Assembly (NCBI GenBank): GCA_937132045.1
Contig: CAKZNX010000162.1
Span: forward strand, 1-49,780
Source: an uncultured bacterium
GTDB taxonomy: Bacteria; Armatimonadota; HRBIN16
DNA: 49,780 nucleotides
Reading direction: 5' to 3'
Under the pieces are notes generated by a model. The model was not told the origin of the DNA and ran no database searches. It saw only the letters and a program-made list of their open reading frames with translations. Made by a program: the position numbers and the translations under genes. Every line of letters begins with the position of its first letter. Within the stretch, counting starts at the first letter, position 1. Of this stretch, positions 36,875 to 46,152 are shown in pieces.

Positions 36875-37471
36875 TTAGAAACCGACCGGCAGGGAGAAAC
36901 CGCCACCGCTACCCGAGCGGAACAGCGCCTCCACCACTGCGTGAAGCGCCCCAGTACCCACAAACAGGGCGACACCGAGAGCAACGCCCACGATAACGGC
37001 TAGCGCATACCACCCTGCGCCGCCTGCCCGCTTCCCGAAACCCGCTGCGGATAGTGGCGCAAAGGGAAACGCCAGCAGGTATACAATGGCACTCTGCTGG
37101 TTCAACACCTTCAGGGGCAGAGCCAGCAAGTATATCGGCAGGCAGAACACGAACGTGACCAGCGCGGTGTATACCGTGAGCAGCAGGAACGCCACCGCCG
37201 CCGCCATCACGGGATGCGACCGGAAGAAGGCAACGTCGCGCAACTGCTCGGGAATGTTGACAGGGGTTACCTGAGGTTCGATGCCGGAGACAGCCTTTAG
37301 CCCCCGCGACGCCATCTCCTCCAGAATGGCGTGGTATCTCTCCGGATACTGCAGGACGTCAATATGGAAATACACATCCTGCAGCTCCTCGTCGGTGCAC
37401 GAGGCGAGCATCCGGCGATACTCCCTCAGCACACGCCATGATTCCTTTTGACGCGCACCGACTGCCGACAT
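36875..37471 (-). CDS. Hypothetical membrane protein
   Basis: Soluble N-terminus followed by about 3 TM segments; fills the gap between genes. Confidence 0.65.
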   Translation of the reverse strand: MSAVGARQKESWRVLREYRRMLASCTDEELQDVYFHIDVLQYPERYHAILEEMASRGLKAVSGIEPQVTPVNIPEQLRDVAFFRSHPVMAAAVAFLLLTVYTALVTFVFCLPIYLLALPLKVLNQQSAIVYLLAFPFAPLSAAGFGKRAGGAGWYALAVIVGVALGVALFVGTGALHAVVEALFRSGSGGGFSLPVGF

Positions 37472-37586
37472 TTCATCCCCATTCTACGCGAAACGGGCAC
37501 ATCAGGTCAACTCATCACGCCCCACACAGGATTCCTTCCGGTTCCGGCGAAAACGTCTCGTGAAACGTTTAAGAGGAGGCTGGGCA

Positions 37587-40058
37587 ATGAAGTGCATGGT
37601 GATGTTGGGACTGCTGGCGGTAGCATTGCCTCTCCTCGCAGCGCCCAACATGCTTCTCGATGGAGGCTTCGAGGCGGGCGGACGCGGCTGGTCGCTCTCC
37701 GCCGAGGCTCAAATCGTCAGCGATGGCGCCCGGGAGGGACGAAACTGTCTTCGTATATCGGCTCAAACCCGCGGATGGACCACCTCCGCGCAGGACTGCG
37801 TGCTGCCGAGGGGCGCTCGGAGGGTGCGACTCTCTGGCTGGATGCGCACTCAGGACGTGAAGGCTGGCGACAATCCGTGGGAAAAGGCACGCCTGCAGGT
37901 CATCTTCTACAGCCCAGACGGCGAGCTCGTTGGAGGCTATCCGCCTGGCATCGACGTCGATGGCACCACCGGCTGGACCTTTCACGCCCGGGATTACGAG
38001 GTGCCAGCAGGTGCTGCGCGCGTGTCGTTCATTGCGGGTTTACATAACGCCACTGGTAGCGTATGGTTCGACGACCTGCGATTGGAGGCGCTCGATATGG
38101 AGGCAAACCCGATTCAGCCTGTTACCGAGTCCAGAACCGACACCAGCAGGTGGTATCCGCTGGACACCACTCGCGATGACTACACGAAACCGGCGGTGGT
38201 AAACCTCTCTCGCTACCTGCATCGCCCCGCTGGCAAACACGGTTTCCTGACGGTCCGCGGTGGCGGGTTCGTCTTCCGAGATGGCACCCCGGTGCGCTTC
38301 TGGGGAGTGAATATCGTGGCAGGTAACGTGTTCATGGACAGGACTACGGCCGAGCGAACCGCCGCTCGCCTTGCCAAGTTCGGCTGTAACATGGTGCGTC
38401 TGCACCACATGGACGCCAGCTGGGCTCAGCCCAACATCTTCGGCAACCATCCAACCAGCACGCTCAATCTGTCGCCCGAGATGCTGGACCGGCTGGACTA
38501 TTTCATCTATCAGTGCAAGCGCCACGGCATCTATATCTACATGGACCTGCTGGTACACCGCAAATTCCTGCGCGACGACGGCGTGCGCGATTGGGAGCGG
38601 CTGGAGAACGGCGCCAAAATCGCGGCACACTACAACCGCCGACTGATCGAACTGCAGAAGAAATACGCACACGACCTGCTTACCCATTACAACCCCTACA
38701 CCAAGACCCGCTACGTGGACGAACCGACCATCGCCATGATGGAGATTATCAACGAGAGCACGCTGTTCTGGGCAGGCGGATACAACACCCTGCCACCCTC
38801 TTACATTCAGGAGATCAACAACCTTTTCACGGAATGGTGCGACAGGCGCGGAATCAGCCGTCCGACAGGCAGTGTGCCCGACCTGCTGCGCGCCCGCAAC
38901 ACCACTGTCGGGCGATTCCTGTATGAGCTTCAGACGAGCACCTACAGGGAGATTTACGACTACCTGCGCTCGATCGGGGTGAAGGTGCCCATCGCCGGCA
39001 GTAACCACTGGGAGAACTGGGTCGGCGATGTGCTATCGAACGCGCAGCTGGACTACATCGACCGGCACGCCTACTGGGACCACCCGCAGGGCGGCTACTC
39101 CCCCACCAATCGGTTCAACAACAGCCCCATGATCAAACAGCCCTCCGGCTCCATCATCACCTGGATGGGGCGCCAGCAAATAGAGGACATGCCCTTCATC
39201 GTTACCGAGTGGAACAACTGCTGGATGAACGAGTGGATTTCGGAGGCGCCCCTGCCGATGTCGGCATACGGTGCTCTGCAGGACTGGGACGGTATCCTGC
39301 AGTTCGACTACTCGGGCGCAGACTGGGCCCCGCGCATGGAGGGCAGTTTCAATTTCGGTAACAAACCGCACGTGATGGCTGCATGGGTGCCCGCGGCGCT
39401 GGTCTTTCATCGCGGCGATGTACCCACGACATCCAGCACCTTCATCTACGGCTTCAAGGACGCCGATGACTGGCTCCTGCGTCCAATGGGTGACATTATC
39501 CCCGGCGGACTAATGCTGATGCAGCGCGTCGCCTGCAGGAAAGATGCGCCACAGTCGCCCCTGCCAACGGTGCCGAATGACACCTTCGTGAGCCAGCACG
39601 GGCTATTACGCTGGACGCGCGAGGGGGTGTTCACCATCAACGCGCCGCGCACACAGGGGGCGGTCGGCTTCATCGGCGGCAAGCCGGTGGACTGCGACAA
39701 CGCGCGTATCGAGGCGCAGACACCCTTCTGCCAGGTGGTGCTGACCAGCCTTGACGACCAGCCGTTGACTCGTTCACGGCGCATCCTGCTGACCGCTGTG
39801 GCGCGTGCTGAGAACACCGGGCAGGTGTACAATCCATCGCGCACCACACTGCTCGACGAAGGCAGGAGCCCCATCCTGATGGAACCGGTGGAGGCGAAAG
39901 TCACGCTGAAGGGCGTCCGTGCCACAAGGGTTCACGTGCTGGACCATCGCGGGCGACGCACGGGCAGGACATTGCCAATCACGAACGGCGCCTTTACCAT
40001 CGGCAACGAGCGCACATTTTGGTACGAGATCGAGACGTCGCCCACAGTGAGACGCTGA
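37587..40058 (+). CDS. Secreted CBM4/9-like + GH5-like (clan GH-A) glycoside hydrolase
   Basis: NMLLDGGFE..VWFDDLRL (CBM-like); RFWGVN, NMVRLHH, NPYT, EIINE (acid/base), IVTEWN (nucleophile). Confidence 0.82.
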   Translation: MKCMVMLGLLAVALPLLAAPNMLLDGGFEAGGRGWSLSAEAQIVSDGAREGRNCLRISAQTRGWTTSAQDCVLPRGARRVRLSGWMRTQDVKAGDNPWEKARLQVIFYSPDGELVGGYPPGIDVDGTTGWTFHARDYEVPAGAARVSFIAGLHNATGSVWFDDLRLEALDMEANPIQPVTESRTDTSRWYPLDTTRDDYTKPAVVNLSRYLHRPAGKHGFLTVRGGGFVFRDGTPVRFWGVNIVAGNVFMDRTTAERTAARLAKFGCNMVRLHHMDASWAQPNIFGNHPTSTLNLSPEMLDRLDYFIYQCKRHGIYIYMDLLVHRKFLRDDGVRDWERLENGAKIAAHYNRRLIELQKKYAHDLLTHYNPYTKTRYVDEPTIAMMEIINESTLFWAGGYNTLPPSYIQEINNLFTEWCDRRGISRPTGSVPDLLRARNTTVGRFLYELQTSTYREIYDYLRSIGVKVPIAGSNHWENWVGDVLSNAQLDYIDRHAYWDHPQGGYSPTNRFNNSPMIKQPSGSIITWMGRQQIEDMPFIVTEWNNCWMNEWISEAPLPMSAYGALQDWDGILQFDYSGADWAPRMEGSFNFGNKPHVMAAWVPAALVFHRGDVPTTSSTFIYGFKDADDWLLRPMGDIIPGGLMLMQRVACRKDAPQSPLPTVPNDTFVSQHGLLRWTREGVFTINAPRTQGAVGFIGGKPVDCDNARIEAQTPFCQVVLTSLDDQPLTRSRRILLTAVARAENTGQVYNPSRTTLLDEGRSPILMEPVEAKVTLKGVRATRVHVLDHRGRRTGRTLPITNGAFTIGNERTFWYEIETSPTVRR

Positions 40059-40082
40059 CAACCGTTTCGTGCAGGTAACCAG

Positions 40083-40111
40083 AGCGGTCCCCCCACAGGG
40101 ACCGCTTCTTT
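40083..40111 (+). terminator. Putative intrinsic terminator
   Basis: agcggtccc...gggaccgct followed by tcttt. Confidence 0.6.
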
Positions 40112-40142
40112 CCGCCATACGTCGCCACCGCCAGCGGTGGTG

Positions 40143-40172
40143 TTGACAGTGCCCCATCCCCTCCACTACAAT
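40143..40172 (+). promoter_or_regulatory. sigma70 promoter
   Basis: TTGACA-18 nt-TACAAT. Confidence 0.6.
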
Positions 40173-40218
40173 GAGAATCACCAGCGATAAACAGTCTTGA
40201 AGCCGAGAGGATAAAACA

Positions 40219-42960
40219 GTGATGAAACCAATCCTTGGCAGCCTGCTGCTGACCGCTGCACTGCTCACGTCCGCCAACGCCAGCCCCGACCTTGCCCGCC
40301 TCGAGGAGTTACTGAACGGTGCACGCATGGGGGCGCACACCACCGCGCGTCACCAGCAACGGTTCGCGGAGATACGCCCCGACACACCTGTTGGGCAGAC
40401 GTTCGTGGTGAGCGAACACGCAACCCACGTTTTCCGGGTGGCTATCTGGCAGGCGTTCTGGCATGAGTCGTGGCAGCCGGACGAAAAGCTGGTGATGACC
40501 CTCTGGGATAGCCCGCAGAAGCGCCTGTCGTATGGGCGCTACACGATACCTTACAGCCGGCGCATGTGGGAAGGCGCGGTGCCCATGTTCACTCTCGAGG
40601 CAAAGCTTCCACCCAGCCGAACATACTACCTGGAGTTGACCGTGGAGGTTGAGCGCGTCCGCCCCGCTGTCAGCACCGCCGCGGAAAGGCTGGAAGGTGA
40701 GCAGCTGCCCCCTATAGCATCGGGCGATGGGGTGCTGATGGGAATCGGCACAGCAGAGGACGACTATCCGCACGGTACCGCCATCGTGGGCGGTGAACCA
40801 CAGCCATACGACCTGTGGTTTGAGGTGCACGAGATACACCGGGTATCGCGTGAGACGCTGTTCGTGGAGGCGTTCCGACACTTCAATCTGGACTATCCGC
40901 CCCTCCAGCCCCTGCGCGAAGCGGTAGAACGCAAAGACTGGGAGACGGCAATCCGCCTGATGGTGGCACACTTCGAAAGCCGGCCCGACCTCGTTTCGCC
41001 CAGCACGCCGGCGGATAATGCCAACCCCGAATTCGATACGCGCGAGGCAGACCTCGCCTGCGAGGGCAAGGTGCTTGTTACACCCGACGGACTGATCGCC
41101 GACCTCGGACCGGAGTGGAACCACTACACCCTCTGGCCCGAGCGGGGCGGCGTGGGACTAACACGGGCAGGCTTGCGCAAACCGCTTGCTGGTGCCTACG
41201 CCAGCACCGGCAATGGGAAGTACGCCCGCGCCTTCAGCGAGATGCTGTATCACTTCTTCCGGCAGTGTCCGTCGCCGCTGAAGGCAGGGGTATGGAAACG
41301 CGAGCAGAAGATACCCGGCGCTCTGCCGCCCGGGCTGGCTGGCGGCTCGATCTGGTCAGGGCTGTCCATCGGTGCGCGGATGGGGCATGGATTCGCGTAT
41401 TATAGCCGGTTTATGCACTCGCCGTGGTTCCCTCTGTGGCTGCGAGCCGCCTTCATCTTCAACCTTGCCGAGATGGCGGAGGTACTGGAGCGCATGGAGG
41501 CGGGCGGAAACTGGGAAGCACAGATCGCCACGACCCTGTACGAGTTTGGACTGGCCTACCCCGAATTCGCCGGGGCTAAACGCTGGATCGAGCAGGGTGT
41601 GCAGGTGACCATCGAGAACGCGCGCGGCAGTGTGTTCCGCGACGGAGTGCTCCGCGAGCCGACCACTGGATACCACCTGCTGGTCATGGCACGCTACCGC
41701 AACCTGATCAAACGGGCTGGCGAGCTGGGCATCACCGTGCCCGAGGACATCCGCGCACTCACCGAGCGAATGCACGAATATGTGATGTACTCGACTCTGC
41801 CAGACGGCACTCTGCCCATCTGGGGCGACGGCAACCCGCCCATGCGACCGGATGTGTTGCGCGAGGCGGCGGACATTTTCCGTCGAGAGGACTTCCGTTT
41901 CATCGGTAGTGCGGGCGCTGAGGGGCGACCACCTCAGCGCACCTCGGTGGGATTCCCAGACGGTGGCTTCTATTACATGCGAAACTCCTGGCGTCCCGAT
42001 TCGCACTACATGGGCATCCGATGCGGTCCGTTCGGTAGTCACGGGCACTACGATGCCCTCAGCATCATCGTCGCTCCGTTTGGCAGGACGCTATTGATAG
42101 ACCCTGGCGTGTACATATATGGCACGACGGAGGCGGCGGAGCTCTCCCATACCCGCTCTCACAACACCGTCACCGTGGACGGGGCGAGAACGGCACGGAA
42201 TGGTATCCCCGACCTGTGGGTGACCGCCGAGGGATTTGACTTCTTCGCCGGTCACAACGACGGCTTTCAAGGTGTTCCCGACGCTCGCCACCACCGACGC
42301 ATCTGGTTTCTCAAACCGCGACGGGGCTTCGAAGGCTTCTGGCTGATTGTCGATGACGTTCTCGGCTCGGGGGAGCGCGAGGCGCGTGCGCATTTCCGCT
42401 TTCACCGGGTGAACATGCAGGCGGACGGCTTCGTGCGAACTGCGGAAGACGACGCGAACCTGATGATCCAGGAGGTGGCATCCGTTCCGGCTCGACTACA
42501 GCTCAGTAAGGGCATTGCGGTGGTGGACGAGAGTGGACTGACGCAGGTGCCCACCGCCGACTTCGTGCGTCGCGGGTCGCTACCACTCTCGTTCACGTTC
42601 CTCATGACACCATTCCGCCAGAAGACGCCGCCTGCCGTGCGGTCAGTTGCTTTGCGCCTGGAGCCCTCGGCTCCCGACGCGCGCGCCGTGTGGATCGAAC
42701 AGGCACAGCGAGGCTGGTTGATTGTGCTCGATGGCGTCTCTTCCCTGCATGCGGAACCGCAGTTGCGCAAAACGACCCTGCCGGATGGAACGACCGTGAG
42801 CGTGCGCGGTGCGGGCAACATCATCGAGTTTGCTCGTGAGCGCAATCGCTGGAGGGCGGTGAGATTGATGGGCGTTCGCCTGCAGGAGGCGACGCTTGGC
42901 GGCAAGACGCTTTTCCGCATGGAGAAGCCCGAAGAGAGCGTGGAAACACTCGTTCGCTGA
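40219..42960 (+). CDS. Secreted heparinase II/III-like polysaccharide lyase
   Basis: GNW, DGVLRE.TTGYH, PIWGDG, HGHYDALS, LIDPG.Y.Y, SHNTVTVDG. Confidence 0.85.
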   Translation: MMKPILGSLLLTAALLTSANASPDLARLEELLNGARMGAHTTARHQQRFAEIRPDTPVGQTFVVSEHATHVFRVAIWQAFWHESWQPDEKLVMTLWDSPQKRLSYGRYTIPYSRRMWEGAVPMFTLEAKLPPSRTYYLELTVEVERVRPAVSTAAERLEGEQLPPIASGDGVLMGIGTAEDDYPHGTAIVGGEPQPYDLWFEVHEIHRVSRETLFVEAFRHFNLDYPPLQPLREAVERKDWETAIRLMVAHFESRPDLVSPSTPADNANPEFDTREADLACEGKVLVTPDGLIADLGPEWNHYTLWPERGGVGLTRAGLRKPLAGAYASTGNGKYARAFSEMLYHFFRQCPSPLKAGVWKREQKIPGALPPGLAGGSIWSGLSIGARMGHGFAYYSRFMHSPWFPLWLRAAFIFNLAEMAEVLERMEAGGNWEAQIATTLYEFGLAYPEFAGAKRWIEQGVQVTIENARGSVFRDGVLREPTTGYHLLVMARYRNLIKRAGELGITVPEDIRALTERMHEYVMYSTLPDGTLPIWGDGNPPMRPDVLREAADIFRREDFRFIGSAGAEGRPPQRTSVGFPDGGFYYMRNSWRPDSHYMGIRCGPFGSHGHYDALSIIVAPFGRTLLIDPGVYIYGTTEAAELSHTRSHNTVTVDGARTARNGIPDLWVTAEGFDFFAGHNDGFQGVPDARHHRRIWFLKPRRGFEGFWLIVDDVLGSGEREARAHFRFHRVNMQADGFVRTAEDDANLMIQEVASVPARLQLSKGIAVVDESGLTQVPTADFVRRGSLPLSFTFLMTPFRQKTPPAVRSVALRLEPSAPDARAVWIEQAQRGWLIVLDGVSSLHAEPQLRKTTLPDGTTVSVRGAGNIIEFARERNRWRAVRLMGVRLQEATLGGKTLFRMEKPEESVETLVR

Positions 42961-43032
42961 CAGATTGCGGAAGGATTCTCCTCTGGAACGCGCGAAAGTT
43001 GCAGAGGTTACTGGAGGAGGTCAAGTGCCCGG

Positions 43033-44991
43033 ATGGCGTCACCGCCGGAGACCCCGAAGACCTTTCACTGGCGTACGCTGATACTTGGCGCGGTGCTGTC
43101 TGCCGCAGTTGCCTACGTCACCACCTATTCCGATATGGTGGTCAAGGGCATGCAGTTGGGTGTGCTGCAGTTTGCGCCGGGCGCCGTCGGTTCGTTCCTG
43201 CTGGTGTACGGCGCGGTTCGGCTGCTGAAGGCGTTCGGCAGGCTGCGCTGGATGACTGCCTCCGATATGCTCATCATCTACCTCATGCTGTTTGCCGCGG
43301 TGTTTGTCAGCACGCGCGGCTTCACCGAGAAGCTGATGCCCGCTCCGGTCTATCTGAATTACTACGCCGACCCGGTGAATCAGTTCGCGCAACGGTTCAT
43401 CCCCCACGTCAATCCGGCTCTTGTGGCGTTTGACCCGGAGGGCGAACTGAAGCAACCCGTCGCCGTCGAATTCTACGAGAGCTTGCGCAGTGGCAGTATC
43501 CCGTGGATGAAGTGGGTGCGACCGTTGACCGCCTGGTTCCTGCTATACTGCCTGCTAGCATGGAGCCTGTTCTGCATCGGCGCGATTCTCCGCAAGCAGT
43601 GGGCAGACCACGAACGACTGACCTTCCCGCACACCATTCTGCCCACGCGCCTGCTCGACGAAAGCCTGTCGCGACAGTTCCTGCGTTCCCCGTTGACGTG
43701 GATGGGTTTCACGCTCGCCTTCGTGCCGTTTCTCATCAACGGCATCCATCTGGCAGTGCCCACCTTTCCGGAGATTCCCCTGCTGTTCTGGAATGTGCAG
43801 AACCTGTTCACCAGCCCGCCGTGGAACCAGATGTTCGGCACCAGTATCTTTGTGTCGTTCGCGGCGATGGGTTTCGCCTACTTCCTGCCGAATGACCTGC
43901 TGTTCAGCCTGTGGTTCTTCTTTGCGCTCACCCGTCTGGCGGATGTGTTTGCAGCCTCTTACGGCATTGAACTGCAAAACATGCCTTCCTACCCTACACG
44001 GCATTACATCGGCTACCAGGTGGCGGGGGCGTATGTGGTGATCGCTATCGTGTTTGTGCGCAGCGGGTGGGGCTACTACCGGCAGGTGGTGCAGTCCGCT
44101 TTTCAGAAGCACTCTCCTTCAGCGGCGGGGGAAGCGTTGAGCAGTCGCTGGGCGGTGTGGGGACTGATAGCCGGGTTCGTGGGTATCATGGCGTGGTGTC
44201 TGTGGGCGGGCATCAGTCTGTGGCTGGCGGTTGCGCTCTGGGCAATATTCCTTTTCGTTACCTGCACGGTGATGGCGCGCAGCGTCGCCGAGGCAGGCTT
44301 CCTGATGACCGAGACCTCGTTCAAGCCCAGTGACATCGTAGGTATCTTCAGCGCCAAGCAGCTCTGGGGGAACACCAGCTGGACGCACCTTGCTTTTCTG
44401 GACGCCATCTTCTTCCGCGACCTGCGCGGAATGCTCCTGTCGCTGTTTCTGGACAGTCAGCAGCTGGCTCCCCGTCACGGTCTCCGACGGGCGGTGCTGC
44501 CGGTGGTGTTCGGCATCGCCATCGTGGTCGGCTTTCTCTCTGCCGCCGTGAGCGAGCTGTGGCTTCACTACACTCGTGGCGGCGTGAACCTGTATGGCTA
44601 TCCCAATGCAAATGTCTCGTGGGCGTTCACCGATGCCAGCAACGCACTCACCGGAGCCGACAAACTCACTCCTCCATCACCGCTATGGTTCAGCGTGGGC
44701 ATCGGGGTAACGGGACTGCTCTACTACCTGCGCAATACGTTTGTGGGATTTCCCCTGCACCCGCTGGGTTACGCACTGTGCCCCTCCTGGACGATGTATG
44801 TCATCTGGTTCCCCGTGCTGGTGACGTGGATACTGAAGTCGCTCATCCAGCGCTACGGCGGCTACAACCTGTATCTTCGCTGGATGCCCTTCTTTCTGGG
44901 GATGATACTGGGTGAGTTCAGTTGCGCGGCGATGTGGGCGGTGCTCGCCAGCACCACCGGTCTGCTGGCGCCCTCGTTTCCCTGGCCCTGA
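43033..44991 (+). CDS. Polytopic membrane protein (DUF6785/DUF6784-like; possible transporter)
   Basis: Many TM segments; RKQWADHERLTFP, R.VAEAG, FPLHPLGY, PFFLGMILGE. Confidence 0.7.
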   Translation: MASPPETPKTFHWRTLILGAVLSAAVAYVTTYSDMVVKGMQLGVLQFAPGAVGSFLLVYGAVRLLKAFGRLRWMTASDMLIIYLMLFAAVFVSTRGFTEKLMPAPVYLNYYADPVNQFAQRFIPHVNPALVAFDPEGELKQPVAVEFYESLRSGSIPWMKWVRPLTAWFLLYCLLAWSLFCIGAILRKQWADHERLTFPHTILPTRLLDESLSRQFLRSPLTWMGFTLAFVPFLINGIHLAVPTFPEIPLLFWNVQNLFTSPPWNQMFGTSIFVSFAAMGFAYFLPNDLLFSLWFFFALTRLADVFAASYGIELQNMPSYPTRHYIGYQVAGAYVVIAIVFVRSGWGYYRQVVQSAFQKHSPSAAGEALSSRWAVWGLIAGFVGIMAWCLWAGISLWLAVALWAIFLFVTCTVMARSVAEAGFLMTETSFKPSDIVGIFSAKQLWGNTSWTHLAFLDAIFFRDLRGMLLSLFLDSQQLAPRHGLRRAVLPVVFGIAIVVGFLSAAVSELWLHYTRGGVNLYGYPNANVSWAFTDASNALTGADKLTPPSPLWFSVGIGVTGLLYYLRNTFVGFPLHPLGYALCPSWTMYVIWFPVLVTWILKSLIQRYGGYNLYLRWMPFFLGMILGEFSCAAMWAVLASTTGLLAPSFPWP

Positions 44992-44998
44992 CAAGCGA

Positions 44999-46024
44999 TC
45001 ACGCCACCACGTTCTGGGGTGCCCCCTGAAGAAACGCCTTCAGGTTCTCCAGCGTGACGTCCAGAATGCGCTGCACCGCTTCCTGACTGTTAAACGCGAT
45101 ATGGGGCGTGAACACCACATTTTCGCGCCTCAGCAACAGGTGCGCCTGAACCAGCTGACGAAGCGTCTGCTCTGCGACCGGCATCTTCAACAGCGCGGTT
45201 TCATCGGTGATATACTCCTCGCCCTCGATCACGTCCAGCCCGGCGCCGCCCAGAATGCCTTCCTCCAGCGCCCACAACAGCGCCTCCGTGTCCACCACCG
45301 ACCCCCGCGCTGTGTTGATCAGCAGAGCGCCGCGCTTCATTTTGCTCAGCGTCTCCCGGTTAATCAGGTGGTGGGTGGCAGGCGTCGCGGGCACGTGCAG
45401 GGTCACGATGTCCGAGTCGGCGAGCAGGGTGTCGAGGTCGGTGTAGGTGAAACCCAGCACGTCTGCCAGCAGGCGCTGAGGGCGAGCATCGTATGCCAGC
45501 ACGCGCATCCCAAACCCTCGCGCAATGCGTATCACGTGCAGACCGATACTGCCCGCTCCGACCACGCCGATAGTCTTGCCGTAAAGGTCGAAGCCGCGCA
45601 GCGAACCGATGTGATACTCACCACGCAGTCCCTGAAAGTACGCCGCGTGCAGCTTGCGCGATAGCGACAGAATCAGCGCAAAAGTGTGTTCCGCCACAGT
45701 GTTTTCACCGTAGTGCGGCACGTTGCACACGGTGATGCCCCGCTCACGACAGGCTTCCAGGTCGATATGGTCGTAGCCTGTGGACATCGTGAGGATAAGG
45801 CGAACGCGCGGCAGAACCTCCAGCGTCTTGCGGCTTACCTTCGTGCCGATGAACACCGCCAGAACGTCGTACTGTGTGCAGCGCTCACAACCATCGGGCG
45901 TGAGCTGGTGGGGCAGAAACTCCGCCTCTACCAATTCGTCAAGGCTCAGGCGACGCAGTCCCTCTGCAATGTACTGCGCCTGCCAGTCTTTTATTTCGAA
46001 GAAGCCTGCATGCAAAGTCTCCAT
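44999..46024 (-). CDS. D-2-hydroxyacid dehydrogenase (D-lactate dehydrogenase-like)
   Basis: STGYDHID, VAEH, GAGSIG, INTARG, LDVIEGE, TPHIAF. Confidence 0.92.
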   Translation of the reverse strand: METLHAGFFEIKDWQAQYIAEGLRRLSLDELVEAEFLPHQLTPDGCERCTQYDVLAVFIGTKVSRKTLEVLPRVRLILTMSTGYDHIDLEACRERGITVCNVPHYGENTVAEHTFALILSLSRKLHAAYFQGLRGEYHIGSLRGFDLYGKTIGVVGAGSIGLHVIRIARGFGMRVLAYDARPQRLLADVLGFTYTDLDTLLADSDIVTLHVPATPATHHLINRETLSKMKRGALLINTARGSVVDTEALLWALEEGILGGAGLDVIEGEEYITDETALLKMPVAEQTLRQLVQAHLLLRRENVVFTPHIAFNSQEAVQRILDVTLENLKAFLQGAPQNVVA

Positions 46025-46152
46025 AGCGTCTCTATTTTACCCCGCCAAACGCCCCTTTTTCACCGGTGAACGGTGCAGGAGGAGAACAGCAGCGCAGGGA
46101 ATCCAAAACAAAGCAACTCAAACGAAGGTGCAAAGCGAACCGAGGAGGCATT

